Positions 38,166 to 48,817 are shown, numbered from the stretch's first letter. The stretch is 64,000 nt of DNA from Candidatus Woesearchaeota archaeon (GCA_046705145.1 JBJKQO010000054.1:8199-72198), one strand, 5' to 3'. Numbers and translations: made by a program. The notes: generated from the letters alone by a model not told the origin.

Positions 38166-39365
38166 ATGGGTAGAACTTATAGAGGGTGGGAGAGAAAAGA
38201 TCTGATGGGACTTTTATTTTTGAAAGAAATTAGGGACTTATCCTTCCTGAGAAGTGTGATCCAGACCATTATAATGTGGGACTATGGCATACAAGAGACT
38301 GGACAAAATGCTTGGCCACTCAAAAAAAGATTAAGAAGAAGGTTGTTTTACGCCTCGCTCAGACACGAGATAAGGGATGCTTTGAGAGAACACTTAAGGA
38401 TTTCTGGCCTGATTGGTATGGACTATCAGGATACAATAGAAAAAAAGCTGGATGTTGTTTCAGATCAGGAGATATTTAAGTGCGCACGCTTTATCTCAAA
38501 AAGAGCAGAAAAGTATAACCACCAATTGTTCTATGAGTCAGCAATAGCAGCTTATCGTAAAGCGCTTTTGGTACATGATGGATTTGCAAACGCAGTAAAC
38601 CAATTGACAAGTCTAAGGCCAAGTCTTGAGTTAAGGGTTAATGAAGGGTTTATACCTTTCAAAAAATTAAGATTTTTTTTGGGTGCTGCTAATGCAGAAC
38701 AAATCTTAAATAACCTACCTTACGATCACGCCCAGGCCATGAGGTGTAATGGATGTGTAACCATAGAGTCTATCCAAGAGCTAAATGAGTCATTGCGTTC
38801 ATTTGACATAGAAAGAGATAGACTTCATAATATGATCGTAAATTATGCCAAAAAACATTTGGGAAAAGACCGTCTGGATGTGGGGATGGATATACTATTC
38901 AATGATGATGCTATAATCTATGTTGGGGGGCCTGATAACAACAGGCTTGTGTTCAGTATAGGGGCTTTATTCACAGATTCTTTACGGTATGAATTTGTGA
39001 GAGAGTATGGGAAAAGTACAAGATTATATGATAGGGATGAAATTGATAAGGATTGCGCACAAAAGTTAGATGCAGAAAGAACAAAAATGAGCGAAATAAA
39101 ACACAAAATAGAATACAAAAGCTTTTTTGGGGAGCGAAGAACAGAAGAACAAGATAATTCTGTTCTTGAAGATATGAAGGCAAGATATCCTGAATATGTG
39201 CATGAAATTATCGACTACGGGACTTCCTCTATGCATAGACACCTTGTATTGACCAAGATGATTGTGTTTGATCTAGACAAGATCAAGAATATGAATCCTG
39301 ACCCTCAACAAAAGCTTGAGGAAATAAAAAGGTATTTTTTATCCTGTTTTCCTAAAACAGAGTGA
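38166..39365 (+). CDS. Hypothetical protein
   Basis: 399-aa ORF, AT-richer than its neighbours; no motif recognised. Confidence 0.7.
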   Translation: MGRTYRGWERKDLMGLLFLKEIRDLSFLRSVIQTIIMWDYGIQETGQNAWPLKKRLRRRLFYASLRHEIRDALREHLRISGLIGMDYQDTIEKKLDVVSDQEIFKCARFISKRAEKYNHQLFYESAIAAYRKALLVHDGFANAVNQLTSLRPSLELRVNEGFIPFKKLRFFLGAANAEQILNNLPYDHAQAMRCNGCVTIESIQELNESLRSFDIERDRLHNMIVNYAKKHLGKDRLDVGMDILFNDDAIIYVGGPDNNRLVFSIGALFTDSLRYEFVREYGKSTRLYDRDEIDKDCAQKLDAERTKMSEIKHKIEYKSFFGERRTEEQDNSVLEDMKARYPEYVHEIIDYGTSSMHRHLVLTKMIVFDLDKIKNMNPDPQQKLEEIKRYFLSCFPKTE

Positions 39366-39453
39366 TCCAGCCTCATGTTGGTCATCAGAGTAGCCTATTT
39401 ACGGAAGCCTTATTATCAATACTTTTTTATAATAGCTTTCATGAGATACGCTT

Positions 39454-39945
39454 ATGATCAAGGTAAGAAAGGCCAAAACTTCTGATGTCCCTATGCTTGT
39501 AAAACTCTGGGTCGAATTCATGAAAGATCATGACGGGATAGTCATAAGGGCAGATCCCAGGCTTAAGGAATACAAGGGCATGAAGAGAAATGCTCCTCTT
39601 ATCTATAAGAAGTTTATCTCAAAGCATATCAGCTCAAGAAGCGCTTCTGTATTCATAGCTGAAGTAGAAGGAGATGTTGCAGGATACGTCCTTGTCTACG
39701 TACAAAAGGAGATACCTATCTTCACGCTGAAGAGGTATGGTTACATAAGCAACCTTTATGTGAAGCCTCAGTTCCGTTCGATGAAGGTAAGTTCTGCTCT
39801 TGTCTCTGAAGCTATGTGCTGGTTCAAGAAAAAAGGGCTCAGGTACGCCTCGCTTAAGATGTATCCTGCAAACAGGCATGCCCACATGATCTACACGAAG
39901 TGGGGCTTCTTCGACTATCACCTGGAGATGAGAAGGAAAGTATAA
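39454..39945 (+). CDS. GNAT family N-acetyltransferase
   Basis: LYVKPQFR..(G)..L motif A and N..A...Y.K.GF. Confidence 0.9.
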   Translation: MIKVRKAKTSDVPMLVKLWVEFMKDHDGIVIRADPRLKEYKGMKRNAPLIYKKFISKHISSRSASVFIAEVEGDVAGYVLVYVQKEIPIFTLKRYGYISNLYVKPQFRSMKVSSALVSEAMCWFKKKGLRYASLKMYPANRHAHMIYTKWGFFDYHLEMRRKV

Positions 39946-39950
39946 AAAAA

Positions 39951-40250
39951 TTAAAAGTCTCTTGCTGCACTAGGGCATAAATCTAAAAGATAATCGGTTG
40001 GCCCTTTTCTTGCTCCCTCTGCACCATATCCTACTCCCCCTGTTAGGGCTATTACTTTTGCTTTAACATCATCAAGCCTTGCCTTTGCGTCAGGACCAGG
40101 ATGGCGTTGATGTTGGACTTCAGCAAACTCAACGGATCTAACAAGATCTCCCACATTAGTATCTCTTACAACTGGTTTTATCTCAACTACAGTTACTTCT
40201 CCTGCTATTCTAACCACCCTTATTGTTTGTGTATGATTCCCTCTTGTCAC
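39951..40250 (-). CDS. Hypothetical small protein
   Basis: 99-aa GTG-start ORF filling the intergenic gap, with a TATA-like sequence upstream. Confidence 0.45.
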   Translation of the reverse strand: MTRGNHTQTIRVVRIAGEVTVVEIKPVVRDTNVGDLVRSVEFAEVQHQRHPGPDAKARLDDVKAKVIALTGGVGYGAEGARKGPTDYLLDLCPSAARDF

Positions 40251-40367
40251 TAGGGAATTTATAAAGGATATAAAAACTTATCTCTCTGAAAAGAGGATGA
40301 CTCACGCGACCCCCCACCAATACTTTTATATATCAAATTGTTTTTGGACTGGTAAAGGGGGTTTTGT

Positions 40368-42062
40368 ATGGGTAAAAAAAGGTTCTTTTCAGACAGGTAT
40401 AATCTGGCGCTGATAGGCTTTATTGTACTCTTCTTCCTTTTTATGAACCTGAACAACCATCAGGAGATGCTTTTTGACGAGGCTGTGAGGGCTACCCAGG
40501 GAGCTTTTTTTCATGATCTTTTCAAGACCTGGCTTTCGGGGGATTTAATGTCCCTATCAAATTTCTTTGATGCTTACGCAGAGAGGTATTCCATAGGATG
40601 GGGTGTCTTATATCCTCCGCCTGCGCATGGGATATTACAAGGTATATTATTCCTGTTCTTCGGGGTGAAGGCTTGGTATGCCAAGCTTGCGACAGAGCTG
40701 TTCATGGTGTTTGGCATAGTGATGATATATCTTATCTCAAAAAATGTTTTCAAGAGCAAGATGATGGGACTTGCATCGGCGATGTTCATCTCGCTTTCTC
40801 CGTTCATATTTGAGTTTTCAAGGATCGGCATGCATGAGGCAGCGATAATGTCCATGACTGCAGGATGGTTCTATTTCTTCTTTTATCATCAGGGAAAGAA
40901 GTTCATCATAAAGCTTGGCAGGATCAAGCTTCCTTTAAGGACAAGCGTGATATGGGCAGGATTATGCATGACTGTTGCCACGCTCATGAAATATCCTACG
41001 ATAATCTACATGATATGTTTTGGGGTCATATACTCGATATTCCTCGTCATCAAGAAGAAGAAAGAGGTAAAGGTCGAAAACTATGAGGATATTTTTAAGA
41101 TACTTAAGCAGTCAGGAGTATACACCCTTATCTTAGAGTTCATCATCATAGGCATCATATTCCTCATGCTTGGTGGGTGGTGGCTCAAGTTCTCATTGTT
41201 TGACCATGGGATGTTTGGCAGGGTCATGCTTGAAGGTATGGAAAGGGAGGTGTGGCAGCAGCTCGGGTGGAAATATCCTGTAAATGCGCTTACCAAGCCT
41301 TTTGCAGCGCTGCTTGAGATAATGGCTGTGAACTCGTGGGTGTGGTTGCTTTGTCTGGTCCCTTTCATCTACAGGATATTTTGGAAAAAAGACGGATTTC
41401 TCAAGGAAAACGCTAACCTCTGGATGTTTATCTTGGGAGTCTATGTGTTTTACACTTTTGGGATGAGCCATCATGAGATTAGGTATGCCATACAGTTCTT
41501 TCCTATGATTGGCATCCTCGCTGTCAAGGGTATGCAGGATATTGCAGGGATAATATACAAGAAAAAAGAGATGATCATAACACTTTTGATAATAGCATTA
41601 TCCATAGGCTTTTTCGCGTATAAGGACTATGGGACTACAAAGTATTATCTTGATACGTACGGAGCAGAGGAGAATGCCGTGCCAAACTACATCCTGTCAA
41701 AGCCAGACCCTAAGATAATAATAAACGTGAAGGGGTATGGTGCAAGGACCGTGAATTATTATTATTCTCCTGAGCTTTATGTCTTCAAGTTCATGGCCCA
41801 AAAAGGTGTTTCAGACCCAAACAAGATAATGCATTCTTACCAGTACATCTATTGGGATCAGCTTGAGCAAGATGACCAGTACAAGGCGTTTTCGCAGCAG
41901 ATAGCGCAGCAGGCAGGCCAGGTGCCCGTATACATATTCATGTTTGAGGGAGAACCTGACAATAAGGTAGGGAAACTCGGAAGCGAGCTTGTCAATGATG
42001 GGTTTAAGGAAACTTCAGTAAAGTATTTTAAGATATACGAAAAGCTTCCTGTGCAGGGTTGA
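40368..42062 (+). CDS. GT-C fold glycosyltransferase (GT39-like)
   Basis: FDEA loop, YPPP, MHE, LMKYP and EIRY motifs; polytopic. Confidence 0.85.
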   Translation: MGKKRFFSDRYNLALIGFIVLFFLFMNLNNHQEMLFDEAVRATQGAFFHDLFKTWLSGDLMSLSNFFDAYAERYSIGWGVLYPPPAHGILQGILFLFFGVKAWYAKLATELFMVFGIVMIYLISKNVFKSKMMGLASAMFISLSPFIFEFSRIGMHEAAIMSMTAGWFYFFFYHQGKKFIIKLGRIKLPLRTSVIWAGLCMTVATLMKYPTIIYMICFGVIYSIFLVIKKKKEVKVENYEDIFKILKQSGVYTLILEFIIIGIIFLMLGGWWLKFSLFDHGMFGRVMLEGMEREVWQQLGWKYPVNALTKPFAALLEIMAVNSWVWLLCLVPFIYRIFWKKDGFLKENANLWMFILGVYVFYTFGMSHHEIRYAIQFFPMIGILAVKGMQDIAGIIYKKKEMIITLLIIALSIGFFAYKDYGTTKYYLDTYGAEENAVPNYILSKPDPKIIINVKGYGARTVNYYYSPELYVFKFMAQKGVSDPNKIMHSYQYIYWDQLEQDDQYKAFSQQIAQQAGQVPVYIFMFEGEPDNKVGKLGSELVNDGFKETSVKYFKIYEKLPVQG

Positions 42063-42781
42063 AAAAGATGAAGAAACTTAAGATTGACGTTGTGATCCCG
42101 GTGTATAACAATGCTCATGAGCTTGAGGCAAGCATAGACAAGCTGCACGGGTTCCTGTCAAAGAGCTGCATGCATGACTGGAAGATAATAATTGCGAACA
42201 ACGCCTCAAAAGATAATACTCTTGCGCTTGCAAAAGAGCTTTCAAAAAAGTATGACCGCGTCGGATACACCCATACTGACATCCAGGGAAGGGGTAATGC
42301 TCTTTCTGAGACCTGGCTTTCTTCTGGTGCTGACATCCACACTTACATGGATGTTGACCTTAGCACCAATCTTGAGTCTTTTGAAAGGCTGATCGATCCT
42401 ATAATAGAGGGGAAAGCTGATATCACGACCGGCTCAAGGTATGTGCCAAGATCCAGGATAAAAAGGGTTCCTACAAGGTATGTCCTTTCAAAGGCGTATA
42501 ACACTATGACAAGGGTGTATCTTAGGGCGAAGTTCAAGGATGCACAGTGCGGGTTCAAGGCTATGAGCGATTCCTCTGCAAAAGCGATTCTGCCTAAAGT
42601 TAAGGATGGGTTCTGGTTCTGGGACACAGAGATGATGTATATCGCTCAGAAGCTGGGCTTTCGGGTAAAAGAAGTGCCGATAAAGTGGGTGGAGGACCCT
42701 GATTCCGGAGTGAAGATAGTGAAGACAGTCACAAGCTTCCTTAAGAAGCTGCATGAGCTTAAGAAGAGGAAGATAAGGTAA
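42059..42781 (+). CDS. GT2 dolichyl-phosphate glycosyltransferase-like
   Basis: VIPVYN, NASKD, GRG, DVD, GSRY, DAQCGFK and FWDTE motifs. ATG likely 42068. Confidence 0.9.
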   Translation: MKKMKKLKIDVVIPVYNNAHELEASIDKLHGFLSKSCMHDWKIIIANNASKDNTLALAKELSKKYDRVGYTHTDIQGRGNALSETWLSSGADIHTYMDVDLSTNLESFERLIDPIIEGKADITTGSRYVPRSRIKRVPTRYVLSKAYNTMTRVYLRAKFKDAQCGFKAMSDSSAKAILPKVKDGFWFWDTEMMYIAQKLGFRVKEVPIKWVEDPDSGVKIVKTVTSFLKKLHELKKRKIR

Positions 42782-42817
42782 GTAAGATATTTAAAGCATA
42801 AAATAATCCTGTTTCTT

Positions 42818-44224
42818 ATGAGATTGCTGCTTATATCTGCACCGACTGTGATGAGCTACAAGGCAAAGGTCACTTCTACGCAGTATCCTATCAATCTTGG
42901 AGGGATCGCCTCATTCCTTAAGAAGAACGGCCATGAGGTGAGGCTTATCGACTTTAATGTTGACTCTTTCTCAAAAGAGAAGTTTCATAGGTCAATAAGT
43001 GTGTGGATGCCTGATGCGATAGGCATAAGCTCGATGACGCCGGCGATAAAGTACGCAGGGATCATCGCAACTGGAGCAAAAGAGTCATTTCCTGATATCC
43101 CTGTGCTTATAGGCGGGGTGCACTGCTCTGCGATACCGAAACAGACACTTAAGGAGTTCCCCCAGTTTGACATAGTTGTCATGGGAGAAGGTGAGGAGAC
43201 CATCCTTGAGGTGATGGAAAGGCTTTCAGGAAAGGAAAAGCTTTCGGGTATAAAAGGGACTGCGTGGAGGAAGGGAAAACAGGTTATGGTTGAGGAAAGA
43301 AGGCCTCTTATACATGATCTTGACTCGCTTCCTTTTCCTGACAGGACTCTTGTCAGCATGAAAAAATATGAGAACTCGCATGCTTCAAGGGGGTTCTCAA
43401 GAAAGTTTCTGAACATCGCTGAGATAATGACTTCAAGAGGGTGCCCTAACCAGTGCATATTCTGCGCAGGCCATATTAATTACGGCTTTAAGGTGAGGTT
43501 TAGGTCTATCGACAATATCATGGCAGAGATAGTTGAGTGCAAGGAAAAGCTTGGGGTGAACCATGTGAGCGTCGAGGATGACACGTTCACCCTTAACAAG
43601 AAACTTGTGTTTGAGTTCTGCGAGAGGATAAAGAAGCTTGGGATCACCTGGAACTGCAATACCCGTGTCAACACTGTCAGTCCTGAGATGCTTAAGGCCA
43701 TGGTAGGGTCCGGATGCCTTAAGATAAGCTTCGGTGTGGAGTCAGGCAGCCAGCGTATGCTGGACCTGATGAAAAAGGGGATCACTGTAGAGCAGGTGAG
43801 GCAGGCTTTTTCATGGGCTCGCGAGGCAGGGCTTAAGTATGGTGAAGGCACGTTCATGATAGGCGCGCATCCTGACGAGACTATGGAAGATGTCAGGATG
43901 ACTGCTGGCCTTATGAAAGAGATATCTCCTGATTTCCTTTCAGTCGCAATACTCAACCCTTATCCTGGGACAGAGGTCTATGATATTATGAGGTCTAAAG
44001 GGTATATCGAGCATTTTGACTGGGAGAAGTTCATAATATACGGAAGCGTGCCTCCCTGGAGGACGAAAAACTTCACGTCACAGGAGCTTTTCGAGCTGCA
44101 GAAGAAGCTTCTTAAAGATTATTACCTGAGGCCAAGGACCATGCTCAGGATACTTAGCAAGATAAGAAGCTACAACGAGTTCATGTACTGGCTCGAGATA
44201 GGCATGGGTTTCCTGAGAGGATGA
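42818..44224 (+). CDS. Cobalamin-binding radical SAM protein (class B methyltransferase-like)
   Basis: N-terminal B12-binding domain (GGVH.S), SRGCPNQCIFC, DDTF, GVESGS and FMIG.P.ET. Confidence 0.92.
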   Translation: MRLLLISAPTVMSYKAKVTSTQYPINLGGIASFLKKNGHEVRLIDFNVDSFSKEKFHRSISVWMPDAIGISSMTPAIKYAGIIATGAKESFPDIPVLIGGVHCSAIPKQTLKEFPQFDIVVMGEGEETILEVMERLSGKEKLSGIKGTAWRKGKQVMVEERRPLIHDLDSLPFPDRTLVSMKKYENSHASRGFSRKFLNIAEIMTSRGCPNQCIFCAGHINYGFKVRFRSIDNIMAEIVECKEKLGVNHVSVEDDTFTLNKKLVFEFCERIKKLGITWNCNTRVNTVSPEMLKAMVGSGCLKISFGVESGSQRMLDLMKKGITVEQVRQAFSWAREAGLKYGEGTFMIGAHPDETMEDVRMTAGLMKEISPDFLSVAILNPYPGTEVYDIMRSKGYIEHFDWEKFIIYGSVPPWRTKNFTSQELFELQKKLLKDYYLRPRTMLRILSKIRSYNEFMYWLEIGMGFLRG

Positions 44225-44286
44225 GATAGGATAATTTTTAACTTGATTAGGAAATATTTATTAAATAGAAAATATTCCTGAAGAAC

Positions 44287-45126
44287 ATGGCAAGGAGAAG
44301 AAATAAAGGCTCTAAAAATGGCCCTAAAGGAAGGGATAGTACTCCAACTACAGATAGGTTTAGACCTCGTTTTAATAGACCTGAACAAGTTTGTACCAAT
44401 GTAGACCCTTCTAAACTTAAAGAGAACCTAGAGGGGTTTGAAGCTTATCGCCAAGCTGTTCTTAGTATAATCCAATATGCCAGGTCTAATCAAGAAGGGA
44501 TAGATTCCTTATTCGGGTTTCTTGATGATGAATTAAATGGACTCTCGGGGCGTCTTGAAGGACCTGAAGATAAGCGTGAAAAAATAAGAGGATTAATGCA
44601 AAATTGCGGGTATGAAGATAAGGCTAAGATGACCTCCAAAAGCGAGGGAGTGATGACAAAATATCTAGAAGGATTCACTGAGTTTGCACAGACTTTGCTT
44701 AGTTACAGGTCGCCTGAGACAGATTCAAGACTATACGGAACAATAGTTGATGAAATAGCAAAAGAAGCAAAAGAATTCCAAGGAAGCTTCCTTGAAAGGG
44801 CATTAGCTGCTTTAAGAGATGATAATATTAAAAAAGTAATTAATAATTTCAGTAGATCAGAAGAGCCAACCGAAGGAGATGGGACGCAACCCCTCGTAAG
44901 ATATTCTGAAGATCATATCGTAACAAATATAATCAAAAAAGTATTTTACCTTGTCAAGACAGGAGAGGTTTATCATGCCAGTACTTATTTTATAGGAATG
45001 ACTGGGATTTCTGATCCAAATGAGCTTCTTAAAATGATGGATGATGATTCAATTCCAGAAGACCCTGTTGAAAAAGCTCGGTTTTTTCGAGATCCTCGAG
45101 GTACTCCTGGTCATGTTGATTGGTGA
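44287..45126 (+). CDS. Hypothetical helical protein
   Basis: 279-aa ORF, AT-richer; no motif recognised. Confidence 0.7.
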   Translation: MARRRNKGSKNGPKGRDSTPTTDRFRPRFNRPEQVCTNVDPSKLKENLEGFEAYRQAVLSIIQYARSNQEGIDSLFGFLDDELNGLSGRLEGPEDKREKIRGLMQNCGYEDKAKMTSKSEGVMTKYLEGFTEFAQTLLSYRSPETDSRLYGTIVDEIAKEAKEFQGSFLERALAALRDDNIKKVINNFSRSEEPTEGDGTQPLVRYSEDHIVTNIIKKVFYLVKTGEVYHASTYFIGMTGISDPNELLKMMDDDSIPEDPVEKARFFRDPRGTPGHVDW

Positions 45127-45285
45127 AAACAACTGTAAATTAAACACGATAAAATGTTATAAAAACCTTGACAAAAGAAGATTCACTCCAAAGTCGCTAT
45201 CATCTATGGATTCTATTAAGTTAACCTTATAAAAGAAAAAGGGTTTCTTCCTGTTAAAAAGGTGATTTCTGTAAGGTATTACAAG

Positions 45286-46281
45286 ATGAGTGAGTTAGAA
45301 CAAACACTAGAAAGTATGAAGGGGCTCATACTAGAGCTAGGAGATATAGTGCTTGAATGGCCCGATGTTTTTGCTAGAGGGTGGAATCTTCCGCTGGAAG
45401 GGGAGAAGCTTGAGGAAGCTAGGACTTATGTTGATCTATCTTTTTTAGAGAGAATAAGTATAACTAAAAATGGATTATTGCGTATTCCTACAGAATATCC
45501 CACTAGCCTAACTGATGATGTTTCTTTGGCAGTAAGGATCAACAGGCATGATCTTGGGAATATTAATAACAAATTTTTACTACAAGCAGTTGTTTTTCCT
45601 TCAAGGTTAAAGAAAGAAAAGCCAATAAGTGACGATGAACTCACAGATTTCTATACCTATATGACCCTATCAAGAATATTCTTATCAACGATGGCTTATG
45701 TTGCTTCAGGAGGAAACGAGAAATATTTAGTCAATGTACCTCTTAATCAAGTTGGTTATTTACTTGAGAAAATGTCAAAAGAAGGTAATAAAAAGAAATA
45801 TTTTGGATTCTCAAGTTCGATCAGAGGAAATATTATTTCAGCAGAGTTTGTTGCACTGCACCAGTTCTTGAAGAATGCTTTGCAACAGACAGATAAGATA
45901 GAACCAGTAGAAGAGGCATTGGTAACAGATTATGTTCCTAGCCCCCAAGTAAGGATATATGATGATAAAGATGAGGGTTATAGGATATTAAGCGTGCAGG
46001 ACAGCGGTGGAGGAGTTCCTAAAGAGATAATCCCTTACATATTCTTAGGGCGGACAACAAAAGAAGAAGGTACAGGTTTGGGCCTCACTCTTGCAAGAAG
46101 GATTGCAGAATTGTCGGGGGGTTATGTAGGGGTTGAAACTAGAGGAAAAGACAGAAAAATATGGGATTATAGTACTGCTACAGGATTTGTAGGCGATGTA
46201 AAATATGAGGGAAACGATAAACCCCCCATACCTAAAACAGGCTCCATCTTCTACATAGCTATCCCTTTAAAAAATATATAG
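45286..46281 (+). CDS. Soluble histidine kinase (HATPase_c)
   Basis: H-box-like RHDLGN, N-box FLKNA, G1 QDSGGG, G2 GTGLGL. ATG at 45286 (ORF track 45262). Confidence 0.8.
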   Translation: MSELEQTLESMKGLILELGDIVLEWPDVFARGWNLPLEGEKLEEARTYVDLSFLERISITKNGLLRIPTEYPTSLTDDVSLAVRINRHDLGNINNKFLLQAVVFPSRLKKEKPISDDELTDFYTYMTLSRIFLSTMAYVASGGNEKYLVNVPLNQVGYLLEKMSKEGNKKKYFGFSSSIRGNIISAEFVALHQFLKNALQQTDKIEPVEEALVTDYVPSPQVRIYDDKDEGYRILSVQDSGGGVPKEIIPYIFLGRTTKEEGTGLGLTLARRIAELSGGYVGVETRGKDRKIWDYSTATGFVGDVKYEGNDKPPIPKTGSIFYIAIPLKNI

Positions 46282-46404
46282 GCTAGTTGTCTCAAGTTTC
46301 TGGTGTGGAGCGCTGACACATATCCCTACTGAACCTACGATTAAAAACGAAAGGTTTAAATAGTCTAATTCTTTACTACTATATAAGGGTGAATTAGTTA
46401 TCAG

Positions 46405-47415
46405 TTGATGGATGGTTGTGGTAAAATGATCTTACAACAAGCCAGTACGGACACTTTACAACGGGATCCGCTAGAGGAAATCATTAGAGCTATCTTTCTT
46501 AATTCATTAGAACTTCCAAAGCCTATGGAAAGCGGATGGGCAGTCCCGTTATTGAACGAGGAGCTGGAACAAGCCAAAAGCCTTATAGATCACACATTCT
46601 ATGGTTCTCTAATAGAGATCCTCACCTTAGCAAAACAAGAAAGAGAATTGTTAGGAAAGGAATACAAACCTGATGATGTGACTCTTGCAGCCAGGCTAAA
46701 TGGCCATGATATGATCGGAAACCTGAAAATCCTGACAGCGGCAACTGAATCGTATTTAGAAAACGAAGTGGATAACCCCGACCTGATTGTGAATGGAATA
46801 TTTCTGAAAACTGCGCTTCTGCAAGTCCATAGTTATGCCAGGCATTATCTCGTGAAACAAGGAACTCCTGATTTCAGGTTGGACATACCTCCAGAATTGT
46901 TAAAAGACCTTCTTGCAGCTCAGTCATCAACTCATAAAGGAGTCTGTATAACTGATCCTGACCCTCTGCCTACACATGCAATGGCGTTTGCAGTGATCAG
47001 TCAATTCGTAAAGAACGCTTACTCCCATAATCCAGGAGCAGAAGTAGGTATCGAATTTGAAAGAAGAGGAAGGTATCGTATCATAAAAGTGACTGACAAC
47101 GGAAAAGGGATAAACGTGGCAAGAGAGGAGATCCAGAAAATATTTGGCACATATAGCAGCAATGGCGGAGGGTTTGGGCTGCAATTTAGCAAAAGAGTTG
47201 CTGAACTTATGGGAGGCCATATTGAATTAGTAACAACCTGCCCACAAGGAAATACTTATGCTTACACGACCGGAAAAAAAGTCTATGATAGGCTAATATC
47301 AGGTCATACAAAAGGAAGTGTATTTGTTCTTGTGTATCCTGACACATCATACCTTTCTGTTCTTGGTCCAGTAGGGCCAGCAAAACCAGATATGCCTAAA
47401 ATACTGACCCACTGA
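46405..47415 (+). CDS. Soluble histidine kinase (HATPase_c), paralog of the upstream gene
   Basis: GHDMIGN, FVKNA, TDNGKGI and GGFGL motifs. Confidence 0.8.
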   Translation: MMDGCGKMILQQASTDTLQRDPLEEIIRAIFLNSLELPKPMESGWAVPLLNEELEQAKSLIDHTFYGSLIEILTLAKQERELLGKEYKPDDVTLAARLNGHDMIGNLKILTAATESYLENEVDNPDLIVNGIFLKTALLQVHSYARHYLVKQGTPDFRLDIPPELLKDLLAAQSSTHKGVCITDPDPLPTHAMAFAVISQFVKNAYSHNPGAEVGIEFERRGRYRIIKVTDNGKGINVAREEIQKIFGTYSSNGGGFGLQFSKRVAELMGGHIELVTTCPQGNTYAYTTGKKVYDRLISGHTKGSVFVLVYPDTSYLSVLGPVGPAKPDMPKILTH

Positions 47416-47472
47416 TCAAAATCCTCTAAAGTAACGATATTTTTATAAACCTAAAAATAACCCTGAAAGGAT

Positions 47473-48477
47473 ATGGCAGTCAACCTAAAAAACGCTTATT
47501 CAGGCAAGAGAGTCCTGATAACAGGAGGCCTGGGACTTATCGGAAGCACTATAGCGAACAAGCTTGTGAGCTACGGCGCAAAAGTGACCATCCTTGATGC
47601 AATGCTTCCTCTTTACGGAGGAAACATGTACAATGTCAAGGAGATAAGAAACAAGATCCAGGTGCATGTCGCTGACATCCGTGATGAGGGAGCGATCAAT
47701 TACGCAGTAAGGAATAAGGACATAATCTTTAACCTTGCAGGCCAGGTTAGCTACGTTGACAGCCAGACAGACCCCCTTCTTGATCTTGACATAAACTGCC
47801 GCGGCCACATAATCGTCCTTGAGGCTATAAGGAAGTTTAACCCTGATGCAAAGGTTCTTTTCTCAGGTTCGAGGATGCAGTTTGGAAAGCTGGATTATAA
47901 TCCTGTCGATGAGAAGCATCCGCAGGACCCATTGTCAATATATGGGGTGCACAAGCTTACAGGAGAAAAATATTACATCGCTTATAACCGGCATTACGGT
48001 ATCAAGACTGTCTGTTTCAGGATCGCTAATCCTTACGGCCCAAGAAGCCAGGTCAAGCACTCAAAGTATTCTATGGTCAACTGGTTTATCAGGATGGCGA
48101 TGGAAGGGAAGACCATCAAGGTGTTTGGTGACGGTGAGCAGACTCGTGACTACATCTATGTTGAAGACATCGCTGACGGGTTCATCCTTGCAGGAGTCAA
48201 CAAGAAAGCTGATGGTGAAAGATTTAACATAGGATCAGGCGTCCCGACAAAGTTTATCGACATGGTAAACACTGTTGTCAAGACTGTCGGCAAGGGAAAC
48301 TTTGAGAAGGTCCCATGGCCGAAGAACTATGAGAACGTCGAGACTGGAGGCTATGTCACGGACATAACCAAGATGAAAGAGGTGCTTTCCTGGAAGCCCA
48401 AGGTAGGGATGAAGGAAGGCATCAAGAAGACCTATGATTATTACAAGAAGAACTGGAAGTATTACTGGAAGGGATGA
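47473..48477 (+). CDS. NAD-dependent nucleotide-sugar epimerase/dehydratase
   Basis: TGGLGLIG, YGVHK (YxxxK), NPYGP and RDYIYVED motifs. Confidence 0.94.
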   Translation: MAVNLKNAYSGKRVLITGGLGLIGSTIANKLVSYGAKVTILDAMLPLYGGNMYNVKEIRNKIQVHVADIRDEGAINYAVRNKDIIFNLAGQVSYVDSQTDPLLDLDINCRGHIIVLEAIRKFNPDAKVLFSGSRMQFGKLDYNPVDEKHPQDPLSIYGVHKLTGEKYYIAYNRHYGIKTVCFRIANPYGPRSQVKHSKYSMVNWFIRMAMEGKTIKVFGDGEQTRDYIYVEDIADGFILAGVNKKADGERFNIGSGVPTKFIDMVNTVVKTVGKGNFEKVPWPKNYENVETGGYVTDITKMKEVLSWKPKVGMKEGIKKTYDYYKKNWKYYWKG

Positions 48478-48478
48478 A

Positions 48479-48817
48479 TCACTTTTTCTTGATACGGCTC
48501 ATCAAAAAAGCTGCGCCGATGGATAACACTATGATTATCAGGATTGATATCGTTATCGATCCGATCAGCATCCCGAGAAGGTAGGTTATGCTTGGGACAA
48601 CCCCTACTCCTGCCAGGAAGGAGAACAGTATTGTCTCTCCTTTTTCAAGGCCGCATCTTCTCAGGACTAGGTAGGAAGGAAGCATGAACACTATCGCCAT
48701 GGCCAGGAAGAACCTTATCCCTTCAAGCCTGAAAAGTACTGCTCCTAGTATGACTATCAAAACAAGAGGTATAAGCAAAAGCTTCAGTTCTTCCTTTGTC
48801 TCTTGATCAATCTTCAA
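48479..48817 (-). CDS. Hypothetical membrane protein
   Basis: 112 aa, about 4 TM helices; overlaps the upstream gene end. Confidence 0.75.
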   Translation of the reverse strand: MKIDQETKEELKLLLIPLVLIVILGAVLFRLEGIRFFLAMAIVFMLPSYLVLRRCGLEKGETILFSFLAGVGVVPSITYLLGMLIGSITISILIIIVLSIGAAFLMSRIKKK

